Origin: Ramazzottius varieornatus
Lineage: Eukaryota > Animalia > Tardigrada
NCBI GenBank assembly: GCA_001949185.1
Contig: BDGG01000002.1
Coordinates: 5,880,448 to 5,944,447, forward strand
Reading direction: 5' to 3'
DNA length: 64,000 nucleotides
The position numbers were made by a program, and so were the translations under genes. A model generated the notes under the pieces. It was not told where the DNA came from. It saw only the letters and a program-made list of their open reading frames with translations, and made no database searches. Positions 14,801 through 28,201 of this stretch are shown here, piece after piece. Within the stretch, counting starts at the first letter, position 1; every line of letters starts with the position of its first letter.

Positions 14801-15799
14801 AAAAGCAAAAGACAAGAACCACCTTCGTCAACTATTATCATTGCATCACAGCTCAACACTTCCCTGTCTCACCACAACACGTCAGCCCTGCTCCGAAATA
14901 GGTGGCCTTGATGTCGGAAATGCCACTTCCTCCACCTCGCGCAACCATTAACATCATACCCACACACGGTTGCGTGATGTGAAACAGCTTGGAAATTACA
15001 AGAAAATGCGGTCAAGTCCTCCTCGTTGGAACGTCAAACCTTTTAGGAAACCTCTCTTGCTATCCTGCTCCTTCTTCCACCAGCACGAGCCTGCAGTGCC
15101 CAGCCGAACAAAACCTGGAAGACAAACACATGAGATGAAAAGCTTCCTAAACATTCGATTTCCGTCCAATCATTTTCTTTCTTGCTCAGCTTCAAGTCTT
15201 CACCACTTTTGTAACTCGACTTATCGATATGATTTTGCGCCCCTCTTGACTGTCCACCTCTTTTGCAAGGTTGTCTGGTTGGCAGAACCGAAACGGTAGA
15301 ATGTTACAGGCGACTTACCAGGGGATGTCTTGACAATTGGATTAGGTAATGGCGTAATTCCACTCGTCACCAAGAGCTATCCAGTAGTGGCACTTGGGAT
15401 ACTTCTGCAACCGAAAACCTGATGCCTACGCACATTTCAAACGATACTTATCGACTTCGAAACATCTCTTACCGGATCACAACAAAGAAACTGGATGTTG
15501 CTCCCAGCAGGAACACCAGAGTGAGAATGAGGATGTAATTACCCTGACGAGTCCTCAGCCTTCGGTCAGATGGATAAAGATCCACAGATGAGAGATGTGG
15601 GGATAATTTGGCGCACGGCAGCCGAAAGATAGATAAAGGAGACTACCATAACCAACAGGTGGTCAAGCAAGTCCATGGCAGAGAATCTCGAGACTCCATG
15701 GAAGACTGGAAACGGAAATCCACATTCATTAATTCGGCTGGCTAGACTTGCTGGAAATTCTCCGTTGGGCGAATTTGGCGAATTAATGACATATTAAAA

Positions 15800-16300
15800 G
15801 GCTAATTGCGATTTCTTGATTGGTCTAAACGCACAAAAATGGAAAAAGAAAATTGCGAGAGCGCCACACGTGACACATCTTTCCGACTTTCGGTGACGCT
15901 TTTGAATGAATCATAGACCGGTTGAGTCAGCAGTAGGAAGCTGTTCGGCATTCAACACCCCTTGCACTCGCGCTCTGTATGGCAAGCCTGAGCCCATGAC
16001 GGAAAGGTCGAAGGAAGGGAATAAGGGTTCATTCACATCTGACGTAATAAAAAGCGTCTTTCAGTCAAGTAATCAACTCGAGTGAACTTTAGACACCGCT
16101 CAGACCGCGCGCCACGCCCGTCGATTAACAAACAACGAGGATAGACCATGAACCAGCTGCGATTGGGCGGCCAGCCCACCATTGCCAATGGCTACAGTGC
16201 ACGACAGAATAAGCTTTCGAAAATGGGCGGAGTAGCTTAAATAGAAGTAACGAGTCAAAAACGCAACCGGGCACATGCTTAGACTTGATTGGCTGCAGCC
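15800..16300 (-). promoter_or_regulatory. Probable distal promoter of DYRK2 (CCAAT boxes, E-box, CRE-like site)
   Basis: ATTGG at ~15819, ~16162 and ~16288; CACGTG at ~15868; TGACGT at ~16040. Minus-strand splice donors just downstream (CAGG|gtaatt ~15542; CTG|gtaagt 15318) suggest non-coding first exons. Confidence 0.4.
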
Positions 16301-16362
16301 ATCTGGCTCTCGATGACACCCATTTTCGAAAGCTTATTTTGTCGTGCACTGTAGGTAACGAA

Positions 16363-16444
16363 GGTCAACACAGCAAAGCCAGTGATCAACCACTACTGGT
16401 CAACCTAGCAAGACCAGTGGTCAGCTCGGAGCGGTCAACCTACA
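16363..16444. repeat. Imperfect tandem repeat, 35-bp period, ~2.3 copies
   Basis: ggtcaac recurs at 16363, 16398 and 16433 with similar following sequence (ggtcaacacagcaaagccagtgatca / ggtcaacctagcaagaccagtggtca). Confidence 0.7.
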
Positions 16445-16586
16445 TATCTACCTTCCAGGCAGCACAAGTTAGGTCATACCCTGTTGATGATACAATAACG
16501 TACATTATACCCTGCCGATCGTACATCTCACCGTGTCGATCGTGCATCATGATTCGTACCATCGTCTATTTGTCCGACCGACAGGG

Positions 16587-16953
16587 TAAGGATGCCCATT
16601 CTGTTTTCCGTTCCATTCCGTTTTCCGCCTGGAAAATAAGAATTCCGCTCCGTTCCGGCTGGGCCCGATTTGGCAGGGTAAATTTCCTAGTCGAAATACA
16701 AGCCTCAGACAGGAATTCTGCCTGTCGCGATGCTTTTCTCTCCAGTAGGATTTCCACTTTTTGCGAAATTTGATGTTCGTATAGTTGTTACAGAGTCGAA
16801 ATTTAGTTTTCCTTCGTTTTCTAGTTTCTAAATGGTAATATTTGGAATTCCGACTTTCTTGCCTGGCCGTTCTGGAAACGGAAAATAGGAATAATAGGAA
16901 TTCCTCTCCAAATTTCGTTCCGGGGAGCTGGTTAGGCGGAATGGGCATCCTTA
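16587..16953. mobile_element. Non-autonomous hAT-type MITE, 367 bp
   Basis: Perfect 15-bp TIRs (taaggatgcccattc / gaatgggcatcctta) with an exact 8-bp direct repeat cgacaggg at 16579-16586 and 16954-16961. Subterminal ttccg repeats are present and there is no transposase ORF. Confidence 0.92.
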
Positions 16954-17786
16954 CGACAGGGTGCTGAGATGAACCAGTTTAGTGAACTGACCGTTTACTC
17001 TGGTTGATTGGTACAGTATTGACTGACGGAACACCAGTTAATGACTCAGCAAAAACGGAGTGAAGCTACAAAAACCGCTAAAAACATTGCGGAAAATTCA
17101 AGAAAAATTCCTGAAAAATCCAGGATTGTCCCAAGATGATAATTCTTGCTCTCAGACGCTCGAGCACTACGTGAGAAGGGACGATGTAGACTCTCCGGAG
17201 GATTTCAATTCTCAATTGTAATGATCGCAGGCTCCGATTCGGAGCAACACTGGACGGATGATCAGATGATGTACCCAGACTAATATCGAAAATCACGCAG
17301 TGGTCGCGTAAGACCTGCCACGGAAAGCTAGAACTGGCAAGTTCGTCATGGGTGCGGAAATTTTATGTTTACTAGTCAAAAAATCCAGTTCTCGAACAAT
17401 GTTCAAAGCGGTTTTTCAAAAAGCGGTTTTTCGATTGATTGCAGTCTGCAGGTTGGGCTGTACTTGATCTTAGAGAGCCGTTCTGCGATTTCGGTATTTC
17501 ACTGGGTAAATAGCCCGTATATCGCTGTCTGTCGAGAAAACGGCCTGCGGACCGTGATTTAGGACCTGGGAACAGTCCAGGGGATGCCTGACGGTAAAGG
17601 GTTATGGTCGGTACGAGAAGAAAGCTGATGCTGCGTAAAAAAGAATTTCGGTGGAAGGCGAAGCCGCCAACCGAGACCGTTTTAGGGATCCCATCAGAAT
17701 TCCGGGATTTTAATGGGAGTGGAAACGCACAGAAATTCGAAATCGCACCCGCCCACGAGCCAATGAGGTCCGACTTTCTTCTGCGA

Positions 17787-18246
17787 GGAAGGAATGCACT
17801 ATTGACTCAAGAATGGCCTAGTTGGCACTGTTACGCAAAAACCTGTAAAGGCTAAAATATCCAGCGTAGTTTGTGTATGGGAGTGTGTGAACTAGTTTCT
17901 CGCTTTCCCCACTGTGGGTCGTGACGATTTAGGAAGCGGGAAGCGCCTCCTGATGAATGATTAACGATGGTGCCGCGTACGGCTTTAAGCGTTGCGCTTC
18001 GGAGAACCCTGCATATCGACCGATGGACCGGTGGAAGAAAGTTGTCTTCTTGTGGGCCGACTGACGCTGGTCGTCGATCGTTGAAGAAGACAGGAAGAGC
18101 GATGATGTACGGCATCGGCTTTGGGTCACAGGAACACGCCGACAATCGCCATCAGGTCCAGCTGCCATGCGCGCACTGGTTGGCAGGCAGATGCTGCGCG
18201 TCCGATTAGATATTGACTGGATTTTGAAGGCGCCGAGAGACTCCAT
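17787..18246 (-). repeat. Dispersed repeat, copy 2 (longer copy)
   Basis: Near-identical inverted match to 8447-8882. Confidence 0.93.
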
Positions 18247-19518
18247 TCAATGCCACTCTACAGGGGACAGGCCGTGAAACTAGTCATGAAACATTAACAT
18301 CGCAAATAACTGGGGAAGAGCGCTTACTGCACTTAGTCCTCTCTGAGTAGGGAAATATTAAGGGGGACATACAGTGGTTTTTGTTGCCGCCGATACAGTG
18401 TGAGGCTATTACCTAATGCTCGCAGAGCTTACTAATAAACCTTGCATGCGACTTGATACCCCATGTTATCCCATGTCAAACCACTTCAGGTGGTCTAACA
18501 TGGGATTTTTGGGCACGAGCTGTCGTTGCGGAGCTGGTTTTCGCAGTTTTCGCAGTTCCCCGGACCAAGTTCCGACGGTTAATCCATTGATGGTCCCAAC
18601 TAAAAGTCGCGCGATCTCGAAGCCCAGACATCGTTCTCCATAACACTGCTTAAACCATTGAAATCGGTGGAGCAGAAGTGAAGATATGAATCTTCCAGTA
18701 GAAGTGAAGGGAGTTCAGACAAATTTTGGGACTCGATTTGCGCGAAAAGCGAATTTCGGGCGCGGTTTTACCTTGGAAGGTGGAACCTGTACTACTCTGT
18801 ATGCGGCCTGAATGTTTTAATTTCTAGGCGAGTCCTTACCCCTTGTCGCCCCAGTAGAAGTCAAAATGCATCTTCGAGATGCTTCGCCTCCGCTACCAGT
18901 TCCCGATCCAACCGCAATGCAAGTAGCCTGCCGGTGGGCATCATATTCCCTGGTGGCTGCTAGTATTGGTACGGCACTGATTTGGAATGGTACAGCGGTG
19001 CAATGACGTCAGACCTCCTTACCGCTTACCGCAGTGTTTTCCAGCGCCCAGCTGTTAATTTAGGAGGGTATTGTGAACGTTTAATGTTTAGGCCAAGGTA
19101 TGACCGAGCAAGCTGTCAACTAGTTTTTCGATGAAATACTAGCTTAAAAAAGCAGAAGATAATTAAAAAAATTGAAACGACGGAAAAACGTTGGGGTTTG
19201 GCCGGAAGACGTTGTTAAAATTTTGTTAGCAATGGCACGCCGCATCAGGTATGAGGAAGTAGAATCAGCCAGTCAAGCCTTACGATGTATACGGAAAGCT
19301 ACCCACCTGAAACGCTCTTGTACAGTTGAAAATACTAGTACCAAAAGACCACCGGTGTTCTTTCGTGAACGCGTAAAAAGCACGTTGCTCTCAGAGAACT
19401 CACTCAAGTGTGAACCGGACACATTCTGGACCGGGTCTAGTGCATCACTTCTCTGTCCGTGTTTGATTGATTGAAGTAAACTAGTCAGACTTGTGACGTT
19501 GGAATCCAGGTCCCCGGG

Positions 19519-19547
19519 TTACTTCCGGTTTCCGCAACCGGAAGTAA
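19519..19547. promoter_or_regulatory. Perfect 12-bp inverted repeat made of two ETS-like CCGGAAGT sites
   Basis: ttacttccggtt-tccgc-aaccggaagtaa. Confidence 0.55.
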
Positions 19548-20092
19548 GCTCTGTGAAAGACACAGTAACTGCGTCTTGTTTGTGGACTTCCAACCCAAAT
19601 TAGTGCCCGTACTTGTATCGATAGGTCTGTGGGTGATGTTTTTCGTCTTCATCCCAAAGCACGATTTCCCTTGGACGAAAGCAGAACAGGAGAAGTCGAT
19701 TTTGTGTCTCCTGATGCAATTTCCCTTGATCTTTGCGTTGACATTTACTTATGTAGGCAGCGATATCTAGAAAAATGTAATATTGCTTCCGTTGGATGAT
19801 AAAAGGCTGCAGAACCGAAGATCTTTCATTGTATGACCGCCAGAGCAGAAACTAGAAGTACGGAGTGAACAAATGACGAAAGGCTGCAACAAAATAGACT
19901 TATATTTAGATGCTCAAAGATCATGTATTTAACAAACTACATCTGTCTGTACACGATAACTTCTACTCTGTAGGCCAAACAGACCAATCTTTGGAATATC
20001 AGTGCAGTTCAATTAGTTCTGCTCAACCAGGTCCCCCACATGCTCTTTGAGGTACCCGGAAGCTTCTTCGTCATTGTTCCAGAAAACGTACG

Positions 20093-21518
20093 TCACCTTT
20101 GGACGGGATGTTTGAAGACGAGAGCTGTGACCGTATTGCCAGAACGTCCGCCGAACTGAAAGTGTGGTGCCGGAAGTTCGTCGATGAACGTAAAATCTGC
20201 AAAAATAAGTTCCGTTAACCTTAGTTCAGTGCTTTGATGTAAAACGACACAAAGCATGACACATGTCCCGTGGACCTTCGCGAAGATGTTACATCGTCAA
20301 TTTCATAATCGTCTGTTCAACCCGCTGAATCTTTGACGTAATTCACAAAAGCCTACTGACATTATAACACGTAGCGTCGCTCATCGTAACCGCAGACGAC
20401 TGCGTTCTATGAACCCGCGCCTTACACAACTATAATAGCAAGACTTTCACGTAATCGATTGTTCGGTCGTAGTGACAGAATTTTCTCATACTCCCGTTCG
20501 AATATCTGAAGCGACCGTATGCGCGTATATGAGCAAACCCATTTGTCACACCTAATCTAGTGCGAAGAAAGACAGTGTCAAGTTTCGACCAAATTTCACG
20601 GTTGTCGAGCTTCCGCCAAGCATTCTGGCCTAACTATCCTAATTCGATCCACAGGCAAATTGTTGAGAGACACAGAACTCAACTCCTTCGAGTGCCATAT
20701 TCCACGAACAACTACAAATAAGATACGGATGGAATACATTGGACTAACCTGTGAACTGTGTAATCAGTTCGTCTTTGGTCCAGTTGCAAGAAGTAACGAT
20801 CAGGTATCCATCGGAGTGAAGAATCTTCGCCACATTTTCCATGTAGGCAACTCTTTTCTCTTTGGAATTTTCGGGTGCTAAACATACAGCGTCGTAGGTG
20901 CCTTTGTCGATGCACAAGTCGAACTTCCTGTCGAATATTTCCGGCACGCTCTGTTGAGCTTCAGCCGAAGCGGTGATGTCAGCCAGGCGATACGTTATTG
21001 TATTTATCCTCCTGTCGGTGGCTACTTTAGTAGCAAGGGATACAGCTGCCTCCGAGTAGTCGATTCCGGTCAGGTTGGTATATTCGTTCTTGTGAAGCGA
21101 CAGGAGCATCGAGCCATTCCCACTGCCGATGTCGAGAATCTGGGCTGACTTCAAGATATCCATCTTTGAAATCCAGTTGACGATTCTTCTTTCGCTTTCG
21201 AACCCAAACCTGCAGTAGAAATTCAGTTGATACACGTCAGAATGTTACGGGAGACTGACTTCCGGTGCTGCATATAGGCAGTATATAACAACTTCCGGTC
21301 GCACAAAATCACTCCGTCCTCGTACCATATTTCTCCAACGTCTACTCCATTTGAATCTTCATAGTTCTGAAGCTCCGTGGAGTAGGTATCATCCCAGCTA
21401 CAAAGATATATAGGCACTGGGGTTAAGCAGTCACAGGACGAAAAGATAAATGAGGAATATATTTTGATACTCACTACTCTCGTGTCCCGAGATTAGAAGG
21501 ATTCAGATCCGTCTCCAT
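20093..21518 (-). CDS. EEF1AKMT2: EEF1A lysine methyltransferase 2 (METTL10/Efm4); exons 21518-21475, 21397-21326, 21209-20749, 20196-20093
   Basis: METDLNPSNLGTREY|WDDTY...DVGEIW|FG...ILDIGSGNG...GIDYSEAAV...DKGTYDAV...IVTSCNWTKDEL...LPAPHFQFGGRSG. All introns are GT-AG and in frame. Confidence 0.94.
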
Positions 21519-23716
21519 TGGGACTGATGGTGTCTCCTGGAGAATCTTGAGCACGGCTGCCTTCAGTAGTCGTTCAAAGTCCGGTGGTCGCGCGTTCATG
21601 ACTGAGGAAACATATAATCGTGACAAATTTCCGGAACTTCACTCGTAAAAAACCTTCGGAAAACTTTGCCTCGTGGACTTTAACACCTTACTCCTGCCCC
21701 TGGGGCTCCATTCAGAAAGTCATTTACCCACCATTGGGTCCCCGTACGATTCTGCCTCTCGTGCTTTGGCTGTTTTGTTACTTCGTGAGTCCTCTGATCA
21801 AATCAACTTAAGTTGACTTATCCTTAGTTGTAGTTATTTGCGCTGTGAAAAATACTGCCGCATGACCCCTACGATCATCGTTGTGGTTAAGGATATTAAG
21901 TTGCTCGAGAAGCTTATGAGCTGCGAGAATTTTAAAGTTCGAATCCGTTTGAATGGTTTCTACGGTTGGTTATACCGGTAGTACGCTTGTCGAACTGTTC
22001 TCGTGCTCGTCAGACTTTATGCCATCGAAGTATTCGAAGATTTCTTACCGTACGAGTGGTGAGAATATTCCACAACTAGTTCCAAACAGGCACGTCTTGA
22101 AATCCGTTTGATTCAAAAGTTGGGCACTCAGAATTCAAGCGCTAATTGTCAAGCGTGCGAGCCGCTTCCCAGACGGTAAAACTTCCGGCTCCAGAACACA
22201 CCTGGAAGCTTGCGTAGTTTGTAAGTATAATCCAAATAAGTTTAGTGATGGAAAATAAACAATCTACTTGCGGTAAAGGGTGATCGTTATTCATGACATC
22301 TCTCCGAGAAATCGGCAGATCTTTTCTGGAGAAAAAAATCTATCGGGAGATTGCAATCGTCTAGATCTATACCGCTCGTAAGAAAAGCATGAGAGAAATG
22401 GGTGCGTTCTGCGGTTCGTGTTTGCCGGCTCTTTCACACTTCCGTCTACTCTTACGTATATTGATAAGCTGGTCCGCTGCTCGTAGAACCCTACCGCAGA
22501 CGGCATCATAGTTTTCTTTCCTAACGTGGTTCTTGTGCGTGTATGTTGCTCGTTGATCCGCAAGTTAAATAGTTCGTTCTTGACTCCACTACCGTGTAGT
22601 ACTAGTAGTCTAGTACCGATCACGATCGATGAAGCTACTTCCCTGTTACGGCATCCTGATGTTATCATTATCGTTATATATCTCGGATGATGGTATAACC
22701 TGAAGCCCGGACTACACCGAATGGCTTGTCCGAAGCTAGTACAACAACGTGATTCCACTTGAAGTACGAGACCAAATAACCAAACCTTCGTTAAAAAAAC
22801 CTGCACAGTTAACGTTGGTACATAGCACGACCTCGAAGGACTTGGTAGATTATCTCGTGCAGATGCAACCCGAAACCGGCGGACCTGTCACCTGTGCATG
22901 CTCCAATATACTGGAGGCAGGCCGGCGGTTCTGAAATCCACGGAACATAGGAATTACAAGGTGGTACCACGCCTGGAATTAAAAATGATGTTGACTGAGC
23001 TTCATTTTAGAATCCAGGAACCGTAAACAGCTTTGAGATATCGAAAATGCATAATTGAAAGCCATATCATATGCATTTCCACACGTTCGTCTGGCTAGGG
23101 GTAACTACCCCAGCGACCCGGTGCAGGTTTCACTGATAAAACTGGCTTGTCACGCGTGACCTATAGAGCAGTCCATGCTTTGAAGTTTGAACAGGCTGCC
23201 TTTCTGCTCATTCTTGAGTTCTTCTCGTTTTATTTCCGATTCCAATTTCCAAGAGCTTTCTCAGTTTCTCGATCTACTATCCTCTTTCCGTAAAACTATT
23301 TGCTGACTGTCTCCTGTTGTCAGTTGGAAGCTTCTGAATAACGTCTCGACGAATAGGTAAGAAGTTCAAGATGGAAACTCCCACATGATGTGCGTAGATC
23401 ATTGTAACAGAGTACCGAACTGTTTTCGTTTCCTTTTCGTGTGAACTATGGTAGTACAGCTACTTACGATATACCTGGTTTTGCATCAAAGGAGCGAAGG
23501 TCTAGTTTGCTGGAGATAGAACGGTCACATAACAATCAAGGGTTTAGTAGAATTTTGTTTGTTTACGTTGGAAATCTTATGGTTTTCCCCATTTGATTGA
23601 TTGTTCGTGGCACTGTTTCTTTCTAATCTAGTGTGAAGACTGAAGAGTAAAGCTTTTGTGTCCCATAACTTCCATCTAATCGACTGTTGTTTTCGCAGAA
23701 CTCACGGTGCCCTGCC

Positions 23717-24647
23717 ATGGCGTCCAGGAAGAAAGTTCTCTTGAAAGTCATTATATTAGGAGACAGTGGGTACGTTTATGTCATTATTAGGTGGTGTTTG
23801 CGAAGAAAGGATTCCACTTCAAGGCTTGTGCTGATTGTGCGCTCCGAGCGTTCCAGTGGAGTACGTATCGCAGAGCAGCACTGGCCAAAGCGTTCCTCCT
23901 TTTCAGGGTGGGAAAGACATCCTTGATGAATCAGTATGTTAACAAGAAGTTCAGCAACCAGTACAAGGCCACAATTGGAGCGGACTTCTTGACAAAGGAA
24001 GTTGCTGTTGATGATAGGCTCGTGACTATGCAGGTAGGGTTCATCGACAACGTTGATGAAATTCCATCTCTGTGAGTCAGTCGCAGTTGCCAAATACGTT
24101 CTTCTGTTGCAGATTTGGGATACCGCTGGACAGGAACGCTTCCAAAGCTTAGGTGTTGCCTTCTACCGTGGCGCGGACTGTTGCGTGCTGGTATTCGACG
24201 TGAACAATGCCCAGAGCTTCAAATCGCTGGACAGTTGGAGGGATGAATTTCTCATCCAGGCCAGTCCACGTGACCCGGAAAACTTTCCCTTTGTCGTGTT
24301 GGGCAACAAGATTGACTTGGAAACTCGAGCCGTAAGCCTGATATCACATTCGCCATTACCTAACTCTTACTTTGAATGACATCAGATGTCATTCAAATCT
24401 ATCACGCTTTCATGATTCATTCGATTCGTAGGTCACGACAGCAAGAGCCCAGAGCTGGTGCCAAAGCAAGGGAAACATACCCTACTTCGAAACCAGCGCG
24501 AAAGAGAACATCAACGTGGAGCAGGCTTTTCAGACCATTGCCAGAAACGCCCTGGCGCAAGAAAGCGAAGCGGACCTGTATCCAGAGTTCCCGGATCAAA
24601 TCAAGATTACGGCTGACAACAAGAAGTCGGACAGCTGTGCTTGTTAG
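23717..24647 (+). CDS. RAB7A: Ras-related protein Rab7; exons 23717-23769, 23907-24033, 24113-24331, 24432-24647 (5' UTR intron donor at ~23357)
   Basis: [45 protein letters not shown]...[19 protein letters not shown]...GNKID...ETSAK, ending in a CAC prenylation motif. Confidence 0.98.
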
Positions 24648-25136
24648 GAAGGGCGCTAGCCGAAAGTGTTTCCAGTTTGAATTTCGCCGGGACATGTCGA
24701 CCATACTCTCTCGACCTGAAGGCCCAAGTAAAGACCTCAGTCGAGCAAGAGTTCTCTGTTAGCAGTCTTCGTGTTTCACTTATGATATAATAACCTTTAC
24801 AGCCCACTTGCTAACCCTGATTTTATTCTGACTTCCTTATTGGTCGATGGTTTACGCGATATATACCGCCCTGCTGTTTCTTTGTGCTGAACACAGACGC
24901 TTCTCCGATTTTTATTAAACTTTCGATCAAGATTGTAGTTGTAGCGCTACGGGAACACTTCGATATCGCTGATGTGATTACATCGTCGTATGATTTTCAG
25001 CAAAGTCAAGAATTAGTTCGTCGTGTATGCTTCTCGAAATAGTCCAGAACGGTGTTGAACAAAACAGTAGAAAGTAGAAACAAAGAAAATTAAATAAATA
25101 TCACAAATTGAGTTTACTTCGGGGCTAGTTTGAGAT

Positions 25137-26136
25137 CTAGAGTTCGTCCTTTATAAATTTCGGTTTGAGTTCCTGGACGCGCTTCACAAACTCAGTTTTC
25201 TCGGTGCACCCTTTACAGTCTTCTCCCCAATCGGCTAGAATCTTCTTCAAGTCCTTCACTTTGAGTTTGTTAATATCCAATGTCTTCCAGTCCAGTTGCT
25301 TCTCTGTAGGGAGAATGCGGTACTGATAATACAATACTCGAGCATAGCAGTACACACAAACCCAACCTCGAACACAATACATCGATTCAAGTGCTTACCG
25401 TATTTCAAATCACAAATCTGCGTATCCTTCTTGCGCAGTCTTTCGCAGACTTTATCCACAGGCATACCCCAAGAAAGTGGCTTGGAGAGCTCGCCCATGA
25501 TCGAGGTGGCGGACTCGTCGAGACCGCCAACATAATAACACTCAAAACACAGAAAAAGTCAGCTATTGTTATCCCAGTGTTGACCGGTAACACTGTCGCT
25601 TCCGTTGTCCCAACGATTGCGTACTTCCGGCACCGGAAGTCGGTAAAGACTGAAGTGTTCATCAAAGGGACCAGCGTGCCTGCGGAATACTTCCTTTGAT
25701 TAACCACAACTCACCAGTCTATGTTCCTGAGGTTGCTTATTGGTCTTGCAATCTTTCTTGAATTTTGCCTCGATCTTCGCTGCGTTCTGCTGGTCTTCGC
25801 TTGGCATGCTTTCCTTCAGCTTCGTCAGGACTGAGGCACATACTGAGAAATAACAACGTTACACATTAAACGGTATGAATACCCTTCAACGTTTTAATAA
25901 GGCTTCGAAGTAGGGAATCAAGTGCTGCAAGCAAGTAGCAGTCTTTTAGGGTTATGAACTTCTGGAGTATCAACCGCATCCACATGGCAGACGGCGGAAC
26001 ACATAACTATACATGGGGGGGGGGGCTCACCTTCGCATTCGGCATCTTTGGCAAGCGTTATATCCAGCATCAGTAATAACGAGGCGATTAGGACGAAGAA
26101 GCCACTGACAGTCTTCCCGGATGGAAAGAGATCCAT
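25137..26136 (-). CDS. MANF: MANF/ARMET ER-stress protein; exons 26136-26031, 25842-25715, 25540-25399, 25303-25137
   Basis: Signal peptide, then CEVC, CYYVGG...SAT...[26 protein letters not shown], a SAP-like domain with CKGC, and C-terminal KDEL. Confidence 0.96.
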
Positions 26137-27245
26137 TATAACTGACACCAAGAGCTTGCGAATCACTGGCTCAGTGAGGAAGATCACACGGAGCGAAGGC
26201 GACGGATCATAAGACCAGGAAATGGCTTGGATGCTGCTTTCTGCTGACCGGAAGGAAGTCTTCAGGCGTCCTACAACACACACCAAAGTTAGAAACTTAG
26301 CGCTGTGACGGGCAGGGGTTCACAGCTCCAGACGACATCCACACACAACATCACCCAGAATCCCCACATGTACCAGTACCACGATGCAGACAGAGCCATA
26401 GAGGAGAATCGGGAAAATTTCTGCACGTAATACCTTTGTAAGACACGGAGCCGCGGCTCGAAGAATCCCCGCGTAGCACGTCCGCACGGTTGCTTGCTTC
26501 TTGGAGACTTCAACAGCTGGATCCTGGGTCCCTCGTCAACAAACAATCTTCCTAAGAGATGGATCGGATGTTCGTGGTGGTTCCGAAACTGTGGAAATCA
26601 GACGCTGCCTCTTTGTCTTCATCTCACAGGAAGTTAGCAACAACGGGCACTGACCAGTTGATTTGCTGAATAAAATAATTCTGCTCGGCAATAAAATGTG
26701 TCAAATGCTGATTCGCTCATCTTTCTACGGGATGCGCATGTGCGCGTGGTACGCGACAGCCTTACAAGGCGGGGCATACCTTGTGATACACAATTGCGCA
26801 GTTAAAAGAGGAGGATCTTTGTATGACGAAGAGAAATCGCTTCGCTACCATATCAAGCGAACCGCTTAGGCTGGCTGTATCGTAACCGCGTCGTAATGAT
26901 GACTCAGCCTGGTAGACAATTCAGCGAAACGCCTGTCCATTTTGAGCAGCGGTGGCGCACTCTCAGGTTCAGTTCGCAGGTCCTACGCAACGTGACTTGT
27001 GAATCATACTGCTTGCGTCAACGGCCACTGGTAGTACTCCGGTTCCGCTGGCCTGTCTGAACTGTTTCCTCGAGCCTCAAGCCGTGCAGCCAATTTTATC
27101 ACGGCAGAAATATTTATATTTTCAGATTTTCTTTTCCCAATAGAATTTCTATTACCTGCGCTCAAAGTCTCCTTCGGAACTTTGTTGTGGTTGTACCTCA
27201 CCTTGCGGCTCGTACCTAACTGCTCTCCTCCCGTGTGGAACTGTA

Positions 27246-28201
<956 letters not shown>

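Noticed and set aside
21880-21950. tRNA-like A/B box words (gtggttaagg ... gttcgaatcc)
   Set aside because: No acceptor, anticodon or T stems could be paired.
21860-22934. Fragments faintly resembling cytochrome P450 (PTIIVVVKDIKLLEKLM; SKDLVDYLVQMQ)
   Set aside because: No WxxxR, ExxR or heme-Cys motif and no coherent exon chain. A TBLASTN/HMM search would be needed to call a pseudogene.
26289-26546. 85-aa ORF upstream of MANF as a separate gene
   Set aside because: TTG start, no family resemblance, and it runs into an apparent intron. Only the short uORF interpretation was kept.
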